From Podarcis bocagei (Eukaryota): a stretch of DNA of 64,000 nt. Of the stretch, positions 1 through 12,911 are shown one piece after another. The first letter of the stretch is position 1; every line of letters starts with the position of its first letter. The stretch lies in assembly GCA_964188305.1 (NCBI GenBank), contig OZ076889.1. The stretch is one strand, 5' to 3'. The translations under genes were made by a program, and so were the position numbers. The notes under the pieces are model-generated. The model saw only the letters and a program-made list of their open reading frames with translations, searched no databases and was not told the DNA's origin.

Positions 1-550
1 CCTTTTCCTTCCTCTGCCTTGAGTGCCCTGCTCTGAAACGAAGGTTTTTTTAAAATATACTTTTCAAATATCATTACCCGAATGCATTTGAAAAGGATAT
101 AGGCTCCATAAGTGTTTGTCAACCCTAACTAGGGTAGCATTCAAGTGTAACCTTTTGTGAAGGATTCACTTGGACTTGGGAGGAGAACATCTCTAGTGTC
201 TTCTACTCCATCATTAAGGGTGATTGGATGAAGTGCCTCCAGACCACATGGAGGTACCATTTCAGAGAGAGGGGGGGGGCTTGAAAATGGCACCATAGAT
301 TCCCCCCACAGTAAGAGTGACAAAGGTTAGACCCCCCCCCCAATTTAAGTTGAATGAGCTCTCCAGCTGTGGGCCTTCACATTAGGGCATCTCACCTGGA
401 GCATGGCCTAGATGCCAGTACACAATAAATCTTATCCGTCTGCCTCTCCTGAGGCTGCCCATCTCTTTCAAATACAGCAGTAGTCTGATAACAGCAAGAA
501 GGTTACTTCAGGGTGTCTGTGGAATGGGGCAAGTCATAGAGTGCATACTT

Positions 551-896
551 GTATACCTGAAGAAGTGTCTCCACCCCCATCGTTCAGCCCAGACACAGAG
601 ATCCAGCTCTGAGGGCCTTCTAGTGGTTCCCTCAAATCGAGAAGTGAGCTTGCAGGGAACCAGGCAGAGGGTCTTCTCAGTAGTGGCGCTGGCCATGTGG
701 AATGCCCTCCCATCAGATGTCAAGGAAATAAATAACTCTTTGACTTTTAGAAGACTTCAGGGAAGTTTTTAATGTTTGATGTTTCGTTGTGTTTTTAATA
801 TTTTGTTGGGAGCCAACCAGAGTGGCTGGGGCAACCTAGTTGGATGGGCAGCATATAAATAAAATGACTGCTAGTGCTGCTACTACTACTACTACT
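551..896 (+). mobile_element. 5'-truncated L2-clade LINE 3' end
   Basis: Encodes the typical L2 ORF2 C-terminus (YLKKCLHPHRSAQT-RSSSEGLLVVPS...QRVFSVVALAMWNALP), then a 3' UTR and a short (CTA)n tail. Same family as 4310-4670, but with a 17-nt deletion. Confidence 0.8.
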
Positions 897-1020
897 TGAG
901 GCATGGGCTGAGGGCCTGTGTGCACTGCTTGCTTTTATGCCCTTCACCTTCACCTACTCCTGCTCCTTCAGGACTGTGCAAAATTAACAAGGTCTCCCTT
1001 TCCCCCCTTTTTGCTTACAG

Positions 1021-1065
1021 GATGACATGATGGAGGACACACCTCTTTCCCTCTACAGCTACTAA
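1021..1065 (+). CDS. Possible terminal coding exon of an unidentified upstream gene (DDMMEDTPLSLYSY*)
   Basis: Strong acceptor (ctccctttcccccctttttgcttacag|G at 1020/1021). Only the phase-0 frame stays open beyond 3 codons. A UTR-like region follows, with AATAAA at 2506-2511 and a T-rich tract downstream. Product not recognised. Confidence 0.35.
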   Translation, partial: DDMMEDTPLSLYSY

Positions 1066-1649
1066 GCAGTTGGAAGACAATTTTCCTATTCAGATTCTGA
1101 CCAGCCAAGGGAGGCGGAAAGGCTTCTGACCGGGAAGAGCATCCTCTGCAAGATGCTGTCCTGATTTCCCATGACTATCAAGTTGTGAGTCAGCTGACTT
1201 AGTCTACAAAGAGACTTGTTTTTTCTTTCTTTTTTGGGAATTGGCACCAGCCTGACCTAGTCCTTTCCCTTGTCCCTTTGTGCTCCTTGTGCCTTGTGTT
1301 CAGAGCCATACAGCTCTCGGGGAAGTGGACTTTCGTTCAGTGACCGCACTAACTCTTGTTCACATTGCCAAGGGAGGCCTTGCTTGGACTTTGAAGAGCT
1401 GCACTGTGGGATTCTTGCACAAGAAGTGAAGCAGCTGTGGAGGCGAGTCAGCCCAGCGCAAAACCGCAGAGTATGTTACATGTGAAAGGAGATGCAACCC
1501 AACTGTGATTTGGAGGCCTAGTTGGCTCCTTCCTTGAGTTTTACATATATACTTTTAAATTGCACTTCTATTTACACTTTTTATCTATTGGATCCAAAGG
1601 TGTTCCAGAGGGTCTAGCAGGAAAACAGGGAGTAGTGACCCCATATTTG

Positions 1650-1810
1650 CCATAAGAGCCTTGATCCACCAGACCAAAAATCCATTCAGCCCATCATTCT
1701 GCTTCCCATATTGATCAGTCACAAGCCTCCAGGAACCTTGCAAACGGGGTTTGAAGACAGTAACCCTGAGCCAAAGTTGTTCCCTAGCAAATGGTCTTCA
1801 AAGATATTGC
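1650..1810 (-). mobile_element. Old CR1 LINE 3' end fragment
   Basis: Degenerate match to the squamate CR1 3' UTR (cataagagcc...gaccaaa...ccat...cagcatt). A similar fragment lies at ~18370-18510. Confidence 0.5.
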
Positions 1811-3271
1811 GAAGCCCCCCAATTATTGCTGTATTTCAGGGGGAATAAAAGCAGTTTTGATTCAGACAACACTGTTTGGGGGAAGCAGTTTATTTTTGGA
1901 GTTTCTCCAGAAAATTCTGCCACTGTTCTTGCTACCAAGGTGTGGCACAGGAGATGCCCAGCAATTATACCAGCCCAGTTGTGCCCAGACACTTGTCCAA
2001 CAACAGCTCAGATCAATGGGACTCATATGTGTACTCAATGCTGCCACTGGAAGTTGTATCTAACTGTTGTATCGCTTGCTTGTTTGTTAGATTCATATTT
2101 AAATAGTCCTGGCAACTGTCTTCATGTGGACTCTTGGCAGTTACCTCCTGCTGTTTGCACAGAGCGTTCATTCCCCACCTTGTCCTCTCCTGTTACTTCT
2201 TTACCTGCTAATCGTAGAGGAATTGCTTGTGCCTTGTTTGGATGAAGAAATCTAGAACCAAAAATGGGGCAGACCAATTAAGCTGCAGTGCCCCTTTTAT
2301 GTCTGCATAGGAGTGTACTTTTTACTTCATTTAAAATTCTCTTTATTCCACCCTGTATCCTCTTTTCTCCAGCTGTTTTCTGTTTCTCCCATTCTGTTTC
2401 GCCTCACTTCTTCCACCTGACATCTCTCATTTACATCTTTAGCCTTCTGAAGGCTTTTCCAGAACATAACACCTTTGTGTTTGGACTGTTGATTGTGGGT
2501 CTACAAATAAATTGGTTTTCCTCTAAATAGGCTTATTTCCTTTCTTGCTTGAAGCTTCTCAAGTTGTTAGTTGGATGAGATAGGAGCCTTTGCTCGGGTT
2601 TTCTGCAACACCCCCAATTTGCATCCCAGCAAACTGGAGGAATTATGTTGCTGCTTCCCCTTCACATGCCTGTATAAAATAAGGAACAGTGTAGATTATT
2701 CAAAGAGGAGCTAGAGAGAGCATGCCAGGAACAAAGCTCTAAAGGTTACTCTTTAAATCCTTACACACACCATCTGATTTGTAAAAGGGAGTTTTTATTC
2801 AGTGGGCAATCATGCAGGGGAATCTCACTCTGACTAAAGGGACTAGTTCTAAGAACTTAGGTTTTTCTTGACCCATCATTCCAAGATAGGGGTACCCCAA
2901 ACATTTATCTAGTTAGGAAAGCTATCTCTGATGGAAGTTTGAGAACCTCCGCAGTTAAAACTCAAGGTGTCACACTCTTGGGCTTTTCAAAGGCCTGCAG
3001 AAAGTTGAGTATTCCATGTGATGCCCCTAAGAAAGGGTTTGCACAAATGCTCCCCCTGAAGTCTGCAGAACTGCTGTAGAAGTGAGTAGGACTTGTAGCC
3101 ACAACTGATGGACTAATCCAGATAAAACCCAAACAAACCTGAAAGATGCTGATAGTGTGGCCCTAGTCAGGTTTGTTTTGTCTGAAGTCTGTGCCACTGA
3201 GATTAATAGGGCTCACTCTAATCAAGGACTGCAGCCCTTCTTGCTAGATAACTGTTAGGCAGGAAGCACAT

Positions 3272-3361
3272 TCATAGAATTGTAGAGTTGGAAGGGACCC
3301 CAAGGGTCATCTAGCCCAACCCCCTGCAATGCAGGAATCTCTGCTAAAACATCCATGACAC
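3272..3361 (-). mobile_element. CR1 LINE 3' end
   Basis: tcatagaattgtagagttggaagggacc...ccctgcaatgcaggaatctc is the reverse complement of a CR1 3' UTR ending in the ATTCTATG tail. Confidence 0.8.
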
Positions 3362-3544
3362 AGGGAGACAACATTTGCTTACTGATCGATGCAGGCTCAG
3401 TACACAACCCAAAGTCCTTGCAGTAACCCTAACAGAACGTCCACTAAAACAAAACTATTTTCAAAGCCTGCCTTATAGCAGGCAAGGGGGATGCAGAGAC
3501 ATACGAGTCTGCAGGGAGGCTATTTCATACTCTGTCATGCTAAA

Positions 3545-3576
<32 letters not shown>

Positions 3577-4309
3577 TCCCATCCCCTCCCTCTGTTTTCA
3601 GAGGGCCTCAGAGAAAGAGTGAAGTTCCTGGGCAGGCTTGCCTCAGAGACTTCTGCCCCTGCAAAGCTGCACCCTTCTGCTTTGTAGCTCAGTGAATGTT
3701 AACACTGCAGTTCCCCAGGGGCTAGCCCCCAAAAGATATTTGAGGTTTCGTTGCACAAGCAAGGAGTCTGTTTGACAGAGCCACAATGGGCAGTGTGCCA
3801 GATCCTTATAGGTCCCTTTGAAGGCAGCACAAGCCTTTGATAGCTCCTCTGGGTTGTTGCTTTTTTCACCATTCCAGGCTGCATAATTATGTTCATTACG
3901 AAGAGGCTAGAAATCAATCTGAGTGGCTTACCTTTGAAGCTAGAAAATGGGTGGGGCACAAACCCAGATAAAAAGAAATCTAAGCCAAGCCACTTCCTTG
4001 TGGGAGTGTGCGTTCATGTGTCTGTGGTGAAACAATAAAATAGTGGCCATATTTATATGCTGTATGGTGCCTATAAAGCCAGCCAGAGCTGAAGCTATTT
4101 TTTTCTGAAAGGTCCCAGACTCTTAATGGACAATGGAAAAGTTTGTCAGCAAAGCGAGTTCCATGCTATGTAATGAGTGAGGGTGGGGGAAACTAACAAT
4201 GTACAAGGCAGCAATCCTACCCCCAATTTTCTGGGCACAAGGCACATTGAACTCAACAGAACTTGCTTTTGCATAGGCACACACATAGGAGTGTGCTGCA
4301 ATGTATTAC

Positions 4310-4608
4310 ATTCTGCCTGGACGCTGAGGTCCAGCGCCGAGGGCCTTCTGGCGGTTCCCTCATTACGAGAAGCAAAGCTACAGGGAACCAGGCAGAGGGC
4401 CTTTTCGGTAGTGGCGCCCGCCCTGTGGAACGCCCTTCCAGCAGATGTCAAAGCGATAAACAACTACCTGACATTCAGAAGACATCTTAAGGCAGCCCTG
4501 TTCAGGGAAGTTTTTAACGTGTGATATTTTACTGTATTTTTGGTTTCTATGGAAGCCGCCCAGAGTGGCTGGGGAGGCCCAGCCAGATGGGCGGGGTATA
4601 AATAATAA

Positions 4609-4670
<62 letters not shown>
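4310..4670 (+). mobile_element. Young 5'-truncated L2-clade LINE with (TAT)n tail
   Basis: Intact ORF2 C-terminus ...LRSSAEGLLAVPSLREAKLQGTRQRAFSVVAPALWNALPADVKAINNYLTFRRHLKAALFREVFNV*. CpGs are retained and the element ends in about 20 TAT repeats (4611-4669). Confidence 0.85.
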
Positions 4671-5382
4671 GTGTGAGTCAACTACAGCAGTGCAGGTGAA
4701 CTTGGACTTCAGGTATATCTAGAGCAGGGGTTCCCAGTCTTTATGGGTACAAATGCAAACTGGTGAAACTTTTCTTGCCCATCTTGAAGGGGAGATGTTT
4801 AAGAACCATGTGCTTTGCCCTGGGCTCTTTAAAGGAAGGGATGGTATAAAAGCAGAACAACACAACACACATAGGGCTGAACAGCCCATTCCATTTTACA
4901 TTATTCATGCATTACAGATGCAGGGAGTTAGGAGCAACTGTGACTTCCTATTGTATGTACACATGGCAGCAAAATGTTCATCACTATATAATGTGTGAAG
5001 CAGGCCTTAGCTATTGCTCTGGGGGGGAAATGTAGTTTGGGCTTAAAGTAACATTACCACACTGTTAGTTTACAGGCAGCACTGGCCAGACATATTTTGT
5101 CAAGCCAAGTGACTGCCCTGAACAAGCCCATCTTTGTATCCTACCAGCCCTGCATCATAGTGCAAGGGATTGCGGACCACCCCTTTTTACACACTACCCC
5201 TTTAGCATCCCTGCAACTCTCACCATTCCAACTACGTCATTTGCTTGTGTGATCAGGCTGTATTCACTGCCAAAATGAAGAGGTGTCATTTGGGAGCTGC
5301 TTAAGTACTTTGGTCTCTAGAAGCATTGATTTGAGATTCAATTTGCAGAGAGAGAGATGCAGTTGAGAAAGTTGTTGTTGTT

Positions 5383-5394
5383 AATAATATTATT

Positions 5395-5445
<51 letters not shown>

Positions 5446-5530
5446 TATTTATACCCCGCCCTTCCCGGTTCAGAAAACTGGGCTCAGGGCGGCTAACAAT
5501 AAATTTAAAACACTTAATTGATGCAACAAA
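5383..5530 (-). mobile_element. L2-type LINE 3' end with (AAT)n tail
   Basis: (AAT)n at 5398-5441 followed by tttataccccgccctt...ggctcagggcggctaaca, the reverse complement of an L2 3' terminal stem-loop and tail. Confidence 0.7.
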
Positions 5531-8500
5531 AAATAGAATACAGTATAAAACGTGAACAATAAATTCAGATTTATGAGAGTCTTAAAAGGTAATTTAAAGA
5601 GGACAACATACTATTGTCCCTGAAGGAACCTGAGAGAATGCTCTTTATTGTTATATAGTTGAATGGATAACTTAACATGAATGTAAATGCCCTTGATACT
5701 TCATGGTTCAGTCAGTGGTTCCCTGAAAGCCCAGATTCTATTCTTCTGTAGTTCACCTTTAAAGCACAGCAAGCCAAAGCACTGGAATCTAGGTTAGCTA
5801 GCCTTATAGTGTTACATAATAACAAGGCTATTATTATGACATCACTTAGTAAAAGCAACCACAGGGTTTTTTTTTATTTCAAGCTAATACGCATACTCAG
5901 ATTTAAGTTTTATTTTTAAAGATGCTTAAAAGGTCACTAGCCTCATGAAAAGCTCCATTTTTTCCCTAACAGCGGCTTAGCAGCCAAGTTTTAAATGAGA
6001 AATATTCCTGCTGCATCCATTAACCTTATCAGCTCTCATCTTTAGATTTTGCTTTCACTAAAGCAAAAAACAAAAACACAACCTATATGTTTGAAACTTT
6101 CCTGGACAGGCCTCTTTTACAGTTAAACTGTTCTAAAATGTTAGTATTGTCTGCCCCATGGGCATCAAGGGTCATTTTGCTTCTAGTCAAATTCCCTTAC
6201 AAAGCTGAGTTTGTCCTTCATTAGCAACAATGAGCTTGTTTTGACACTGTTATAAGTCAGCGGCCCCAGGTGGCATCTTCTTGTGTTTCTCTCTTCATAT
6301 TAACAGAGTACTGCAGTACAGGCAACAAAGAAGTTTGGGGCAGAGGCAAGACAGCCCATAAGGAGCCATCTTTCCTTAAGTACATTCCCCATATGCCAGT
6401 GCTGCTTCCTCCATATCCAGAACGTGTCCTAATACATGCCAAGATAGGGTTAGGGTCTAAAGTGGACTAAAGAGCTAATATTTTGTTCTACAATAAGTAG
6501 TAAAATTTATAAAAATTTATAATATTTAAAAATTTATAATATAATGTAAGTTCTACATGAGCACTATCCTACAATTGTATGCATATTCTCTACAATAGTT
6601 GATTACAATGCAAAGACAGACTAAATCAGAACAGACTGAAAAGTAATTTGGTTACCACAATTTTTTATTCCTTTCCATTTATAAAAAGTTTAAGTTCCAG
6701 CAAAACCCAGTGTTCCATCAGCTGAGCAGCATCAAATTTGTTGGCAAATACACACGATTTGGTCCCACAAATACAGTTAGTTACATGCTTTGTGACAAAC
6801 TGTGCTGTCTAGAGGTCATTAATTAAAGACTTCTCGGCCTATATTTCTCCAGCCCTAAAAACAAACCAGTGTGTTATGAGCAGCCCAGAACTAATAAGCT
6901 CTAGGAGCAATCACTGCTTGCCAGCACTCTTTGAACTATAATGGAGCATCTGTTGATTTAATCCCCTGTGGGCTAATTCCCCTCCCCTTGCCTTTAATCG
7001 TTTTTCCTTCTGAAGTGTTTTTACCCTGAAATTGGACATGCTGTCTACTGCATATGGCCCTTTGAGGGATTCCTCTTAACACAGGCTTCCCTAGTTGGTT
7101 TTGTATTTTGGGGTGGGGGGTGGGGTAGTAGGAGATACACTTTACTTAATGTTCTAACGTGTTATACACACAAGCTCCAGCTGCTACACTATATTGTCTG
7201 AATAAGATGGGGAACTTTATCAGTTGTAACAGGTTTTAATTCAGGCATTGACAAGGGAGGAAGCAGCAGCCATTGATGCAATTCCAGATCAGTAAACTGG
7301 CACCCAGTCTTCTGAAAGTCCAGACCAGGAGTTTAAGAATAACCATACTGTACAGGAAAGCTTTTAATGCTTACTCATCCAGGTCCGTCATATAATTCCA
7401 GTTTTTACAAGAGTTACCAGGTCCAGACCTGAATATCTTCTCCATAACTTTAAGAATTTTAGGATGTTGAGGTAGACAGGATCACTTTTGCTCAATACAG
7501 TGGGTGAACAGGCTGCCCTTTTCACTGGTATGGAGTACAACTTTCTACCAAGGCAAGAAAAAGCAAGCCAACAGTAGGGAAGAATGTGCCAACTGCTGCA
7601 CATTCTCATTATCCTAATTGTGCTGAAGAGCAGCAGGTAGCCCCCAAGTAGTGAGTGATTCCCCACCAATAAAGCTATGGCAGAAGGTATATTTTGTGCA
7701 GCAAATTAATGCAATGAAGCCCTTTTTATTTATTTTTAATGTGGAGGCTGCAAGTGTGAGGAGAGGAGTAATGGGAGCTACTTAACATTTTCCTTGCATG
7801 AGTTGTTTCCACTAAGTATTGCCCTCCACAGGTTTTCTGCATCTGGAGCTATGCATGTGTGTGTGTGTGTGTAGAATAGTTAGGGGGCATTTTTTAAACA
7901 AATAGCTGGCAGTCACATGGCCCCTGTCCCAATACTCCTCTGCTCAAAATGGCAGCATTCCACAGCTGCCTTTCAAATAAAATAAAAAAACCCAGGATTT
8001 TACTATATGCATTTCCTATATGTCTTGGCTAGCAAGTGGTTGATGGATCTCATTCTATGTGAGCTTCTTACTTAGTTTGAAAGTCTTTTTTAAGCTCAGT
8101 TGTGTAATTTTGTTTCAATAAAGTTCTGAAAACTGAGAAGGCAACCAAGACTCTTTGGTTCTGCTCCTACCGGTCTTATTCCCAGAAAGGACCTGATATA
8201 TGAAGGATATTTAACTAATGCGTTGAACTATATTATGCTTTGCCACCTGATTCAAAATTCAGAAACACTAATGCCACTACTACTCAGACCACTTTAGGTC
8301 ACTGGAAATCATAGCTCACCAGCAGTTCAACTGGCAAGAAGGGAAAAAAAGTTAGCTGCACAAAGTATTTCCCAGATAAGAGGATGCTCCCCACAGGTTT
8401 CTTATCACACAGCCAGCCTATCCTAGTCAACTGCTAATGTGGCACACCAGTGACTTGCCAAAGTTGTTTAACATACTATATGCTCCCTTCTTCAGTGGAC

Positions 8501-8578
8501 TGTTCCCATCACTGCTGGTTTTGTCTTAGTGCTGAATCAGGAGCTGTTGTGCGGCAAACACCGTGACACAGATTAACA

Positions 8579-8715
8579 CAGGCTTCCTCAACCTTGGCCC
8601 TCCAGATGTTTTGAGACTACAATTCCCATCATCCCTGACCACTGGTCCTGCTAGCTAGGGATCATGGGAGTTGTAGGCCCAAAAACATCTGAAGGGCTGA
8701 GGTTGAGGAAGCCTG
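8579..8715. mobile_element. hAT-type MITE
   Basis: TIRs CAGGCTTCCTCAACCT / AGGTTGAGGAAGCCTG and a perfect 8-bp TSD gattaaca (8571-8578, 8716-8723). Confidence 0.9.
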
Positions 8716-9152
8716 GATTAACAGAATCTGGGGTAAAGTGGATTGCTTACCAGAATATTTTCTCTTGCGGCTCAGTCTCAATATTTCATTTCAATATTTC
8801 AACATTGCAAATTATGAGTGCTGAGAATAATCAGTTCCTTGAAGCTGGCCGATACGATCCATATCACACCCGCAGGGACCAGCAATGCAATTGTTCCTTT
8901 TCCTGAAAGGGACACTGGGAAATCTCTGAACAGAACATATATATATACACAACACACCCTTCTCAGCCCCCTGTATTATACTTGCATGTGCTAATATCAC
9001 CAGGTCATAGATTGAGGTTAATACTGTCCTTCTACCTCAATGTTGCATCTGTACAAAAGGCAGCGGAGTGTGTGTGAGAACAGTACGTATGTTTCTCTGC
9101 TCTTTAATTTGTTTTCTCATTAGAAAGAATGAGGCAATCCTTAGGTGAAGTT

Positions 9153-9289
9153 TTAAAGGTTACTCAAGTTGAGCTCAGGAGGAGTGTCAGTCAGCTCACT
9201 GCTGAGATCTTCTGTGTCCAGCGTGCCACCAGCTGCCCCTCCAGGGGTCTTCTTTTCCAGCTTCAAGCCTGGTATGGAAATCTTGTCAT
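9153..9289 (-). CDS. CCDC163: CCDC163-like coding exon 11 (last): DKISIPGLKLEKKTPGGAAGGTLDTEDLSSELTDTPPELNLSNL*
   Basis: Acceptor ttgtacttgtag, phase 1 matching exon 10, TAA stop at 9155-9153, and ATTAAA about 45 nt downstream. Confidence 0.75.
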
Positions 9290-9725
9290 CTACAAGTACA
9301 ATACAAAGTAATTAGCTGACTATTTTGTGGTTGTTGTTATAACATTTTGCAATTCAACAGTATAGAATTAATAAGCTAGAAAGAAGTGCTTTCAAAAAAA
9401 GAGGGGAAGTTTAAAAAAAATGAAAAGATTTAAAGAAAACTAGTAGACCACTTTTCTGAGCTACTATACAGCACCATATTTTTCCATACGTTAAAATTTT
9501 AATAAACAAAGTGTTCTCTTCCAGGACCAACACATGTACAGATGTTAAGTCTTGTATGCAATCATCCACAAACATCACCGTAGAGCCAGCAGTGAGTATA
9601 TCTATAAGCTTCCCTTTCATATTTATTACAAGTAGTGTCAAACCCATTTGTCAAGAGCTTCAGAAGAGTCTTCAAGCACCCAACTATGGAGTGATTGGTT
9701 TTCCTTTACAAAACCCAAAGGATTA

Positions 9726-10286
9726 CAGTGGTACCTCAGGTTACAGACTCCGCTAACCCAGAAATAGTACCTCGGGTTAAGAACTTTGCTTCAGCATGAG
9801 AACAGAAATTGTGTTCTGGTGGCGCAGTAGCAGTGGGAGGCCCCATTAGCCAAAGTGGTGCTTCAGGTTACGCACAGTTTCAGTTTAAGAACGGACCTTC
9901 GGAAAGAATTAAGTACTGTATTTTTTGCACCATAACACTCACTTTTTTCCTCCTAGAAAGTAAGGGGAAATGTCTGTGCGTGTTATGGAGCGAATGCCTG
10001 CGGGTGGCAGTCGTGAGCAGAGGATCCATGGTTCCCCTTCCTTCCCTCCTCCGTGGTTACAAAGCATGGATCCACATGGATCCTCAGGATTTTTGCATTG
10101 GGCTACTCCAAACTCACTGTCAGATCACATGTCTGTGGCCACAGCATGAACCACAAAAATCATATATCCACTATTTCGTTTAGAATATTTTTTTTCTTGT
10201 TTTCCTCCTCTAAAAACTACGTGCGTGTTATGGTCTGGTGCGTGTTATAGAGCGAAAAATACGGTACTTAACCCGAGGTACCACTG
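9726..10286. mobile_element. Tc1/mariner (Tigger-like) MITE containing a nested element
   Basis: TIRs CAGTGGTACCTC / GAGGTACCACTG flanked by TA on both sides, interrupted at 9916-10264. Confidence 0.85.
9916..10264. mobile_element. Nested Tc1/mariner (pogo/Tc2-like) non-autonomous element
   Basis: TIRs CTGTATTTTTTGCACCATAACAC / GTGTTATAGAGCGAAAAATACGG, with a TA duplication at 9914-9915 and 10265-10266. Confidence 0.85.
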
Positions 10287-10806
10287 TATTTGGCTCATCC
10301 CCTAGGCATGAGTTTAGAAGTGCAAAATCTTCTGGTAAAAGACAACTCTACAGAGGGAAACAGCTCTAGTAAAGATCCTTGAAAACACTTTGAGGGCACC
10401 AGAACAGAACACAGTAGAAATGTAGCAGCTTCCTTCAGAAAGACTGAGTCACTAGGATTAGGGTAGAGAAAAAGCAAAATGCAAAGAGGTTTAAAGAGAA
10501 TCTGTGCACAAGAATCTTAAGCATCTTAATGAAATAGGGTAAGAATTCCCCTGACGAGAATGTTAATCCCTTTATTCTCAAAACTGAGGGTTCCTCTATG
10601 TGGTGCAATATGGGCTTTGCTATTTCAGAAACAGAAGAAAAGTAAACACAGCAAGTAGTATTTTAAGTATCAATCCGTTCCTCTTCCAGGGTACTCTGGC
10701 AATGCTGCAATTCAAAATAAAAACTTGTAGAGATAAACTTCACAGCCCCAGAGCAATCACTAGGTAATGGTTTCAGTAAATATTTCAGAGTTACACCCAG
10801 GCTCAC

Positions 10807-10938
10807 CAGCAAGTTGTGCAATCTCTGGTTCACTAAAGAGTTCATCTGAGCTGACATCTGTGAGACTGAACTCAGAGGCTGAATCGTCACTGAGAAGGGA
10901 TGACAAGGTAGCATCATGCAGCAAAACTCTCTTTTTTC
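10807..10938 (-). CDS. CCDC163: CCDC163-like coding exon 10 (acidic, Ser-rich)
   Basis: ctttgtcccctag|GA...GCT G|gtgagc. 132 nt, phase 1-1. KKRVLLHDATLSSLLSDDSASEFSLTDVSSDELFSEPEIAQLA. Confidence 0.78.
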
Positions 10939-11739
10939 CTAGGGGACAAAGTTCAAGGCAGATTAGGGAGACTAGCAGCTCACTTAAAATTCTGAGCTTT
11001 GTCTCAAAGCAATGTTTACAACTTAGTAAATAACTGAGCTTGCCCTTACTGTCCAAAGTCCCAACGATTCAAGACAAGACCATGTATGCAATGCCAGTAT
11101 ACTTTTTTTTCTAATTAAGAGCTTTATTATTTCCATTTAAAATATGGCTGGCACCTGGGTTTATCTGTGGAAAGTGTCATGCATACATAGGGCAGGATTC
11201 ACCTTACAAGTCCTGTCAGTGGAAGCCTGTGCAAGGGGGCTTATCTTTTCCCCGAGCACTCCTGCAATTGGTTTCAGCAGCGTTGGGAGAAGCCCCAGGT
11301 CAGGGCATGGGGGAAGGAGAGAGGAATCGTTCCACCTGGTAAGCTGATATAGTGCGACACTGAATTCCTCCCAAAATGAGTAAAACTGAGAAAAGCGAAC
11401 TGCTTCTCTGACCATGTATATATTTTACAGGAGCAGAATATTTCACAGCTGAAGATGAGAGTCTAATGGGTTGTGCTGAAGCAACACTGGTACAATGAGG
11501 GCCATTTTACACAATGTTATATTTTCCTTCAAAAAGTTAATATATCCATAGCAAAAAGCAAATACTCTTTCATGCATCTGAGTGCTTATTTTGCAACAAG
11601 ACTGACAAATGGATGTGCAGCAGCTGCCCAGTCCACACACTTGCAGCAAAATGAGCCCTCATGCCACACTTCCCATGTGCACCCATTTTCCTAATCAGAG
11701 ATGCTCTCAGTGTCAGGTGTTCTAAAAACAAGCACTTAC

Positions 11740-11834
11740 TTAGACAGAGGTTTTTGTCTCTTAGTGGACCAGCGTAGAGTTCATCCTCCAAGTGCAGACC
11801 TTTCACCTGTTCTTTTAGGTCAGTAACTGTACTT
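11740..11834 (-). CDS. CCDC163: CCDC163-like coding exon 9
   Basis: tttgttttaatcag|A...CTA A|gtaagt. 95 nt, phase 2-1. STVTDLKEQVKGLHLEDELYAGPLRDKNLCL. Confidence 0.8.
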
Positions 11835-12497
11835 CTGATTAAAACAAATTCAAAAGCCCACAGAAATTATTAGTGCAGATGGAAGAAACATATTTATAAG
11901 AGATGAGGCACTCTTGCACCTCATAAATCTGAGCGATGCAGTCAAGTAAGCTCATAACAGCTCTGTGCGATTCACTTAATGTCCGAAAGTATCCGTAGGC
12001 AGTGAAATAATCAAGCCTTCAGTTAAAATGAAAATGCTTGATGAGCTAATGAAAAGCAAGCCATGACTGACTTCAGTGACAGAGCAGCTAAGTTTATTTC
12101 AATGATATATTCAATGGCTTCTCTGGTGTTGCTTACTTAGAATCATTCATAGGTTTGGGAGGAAGACAGGGAAATAAGAGGAACTAGAGAGAAAAGAGTT
12201 TGATCCTCGGAATTCAAACCACTATAATATGACACAGTCACTACAGGTTCTGTGAACCTGGGTGATAATTGCTGGAGAATGTTCCTTCATTCCCAAGAGA
12301 TGAATACTAGGAAATGGACATGTACTGTGCCACTCAGTACATCCCCTCTTATAAGATCCAGGCAGTTCATGGATAAGATTATCAATGTCTACTAAGTCAT
12401 GATGCCTATGTACTACCTCCAGTCCCAGATCACATGCAGAAATGTGCTATTGAACTCATGTCCTATACTTGTGGATTTCCCATAGCCATCTGGTTGA

Positions 12498-12911
12498 TAG
12501 GGCTGGGGAAGAAATTCAATTCACTTTGCATTCAAAGGCAACCTTATCTAATTCAGATTTTCCAAAAAAATATGAGAACTGAAATCCAACCATATTTCCC
12601 AATTTGTGCTCCTCCAATTTTTGCAATGAAGTTCCCCAGGCCAGTAATGTGTACAAAAATGCACATACTAAGGTAAAGTGTGCATACAAATGCATATGTT
12701 ATGGAAAATAACATACAAAAATGTGTATATTATGCAACATTGCATATAAAATGTACATATTACTTAATAAATAAAATCATACTAACACTCTGATTAATTT
12801 TCATGAGGGTTTTTTTGGCGGGGGGAGATGAAAACTGACGTAGAAATGTGAAGAACTGAACTTAAGTATGGAAAAACAGGAAACTGAAATTGACATGTCT
12901 GTCCATCCCTA
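12498..12911. mobile_element. hAT (Ac-like, TAGGG termini) non-autonomous element inserted in a CR1 3' end
   Basis: Ends TAGGGCTGG / CCATCCCTA with a perfect 8-bp TSD ctggttga (12490-12497, 12912-12919). The flanks (~12365-12497 and 12912-12987) rejoin as a CR1 3' UTR. Confidence 0.8.

Noticed and set aside
4177-4524. Paralogous ORFs at 524-772 and 4177-4524 as a duplicated gene
   Set aside because: Both are L2 LINE ORF2 C-termini.
9525-9591. Plus-strand exon-like segment (ttctcttccag...gtgagt)
   Set aside because: Isolated, with no partner exons or recognisable peptide. Such matches arise by chance.
11161-11415. Extra CCDC163 exon
   Set aside because: It overlaps a palindromic repeat family, and exons 9 and 10 already join in phase without it.
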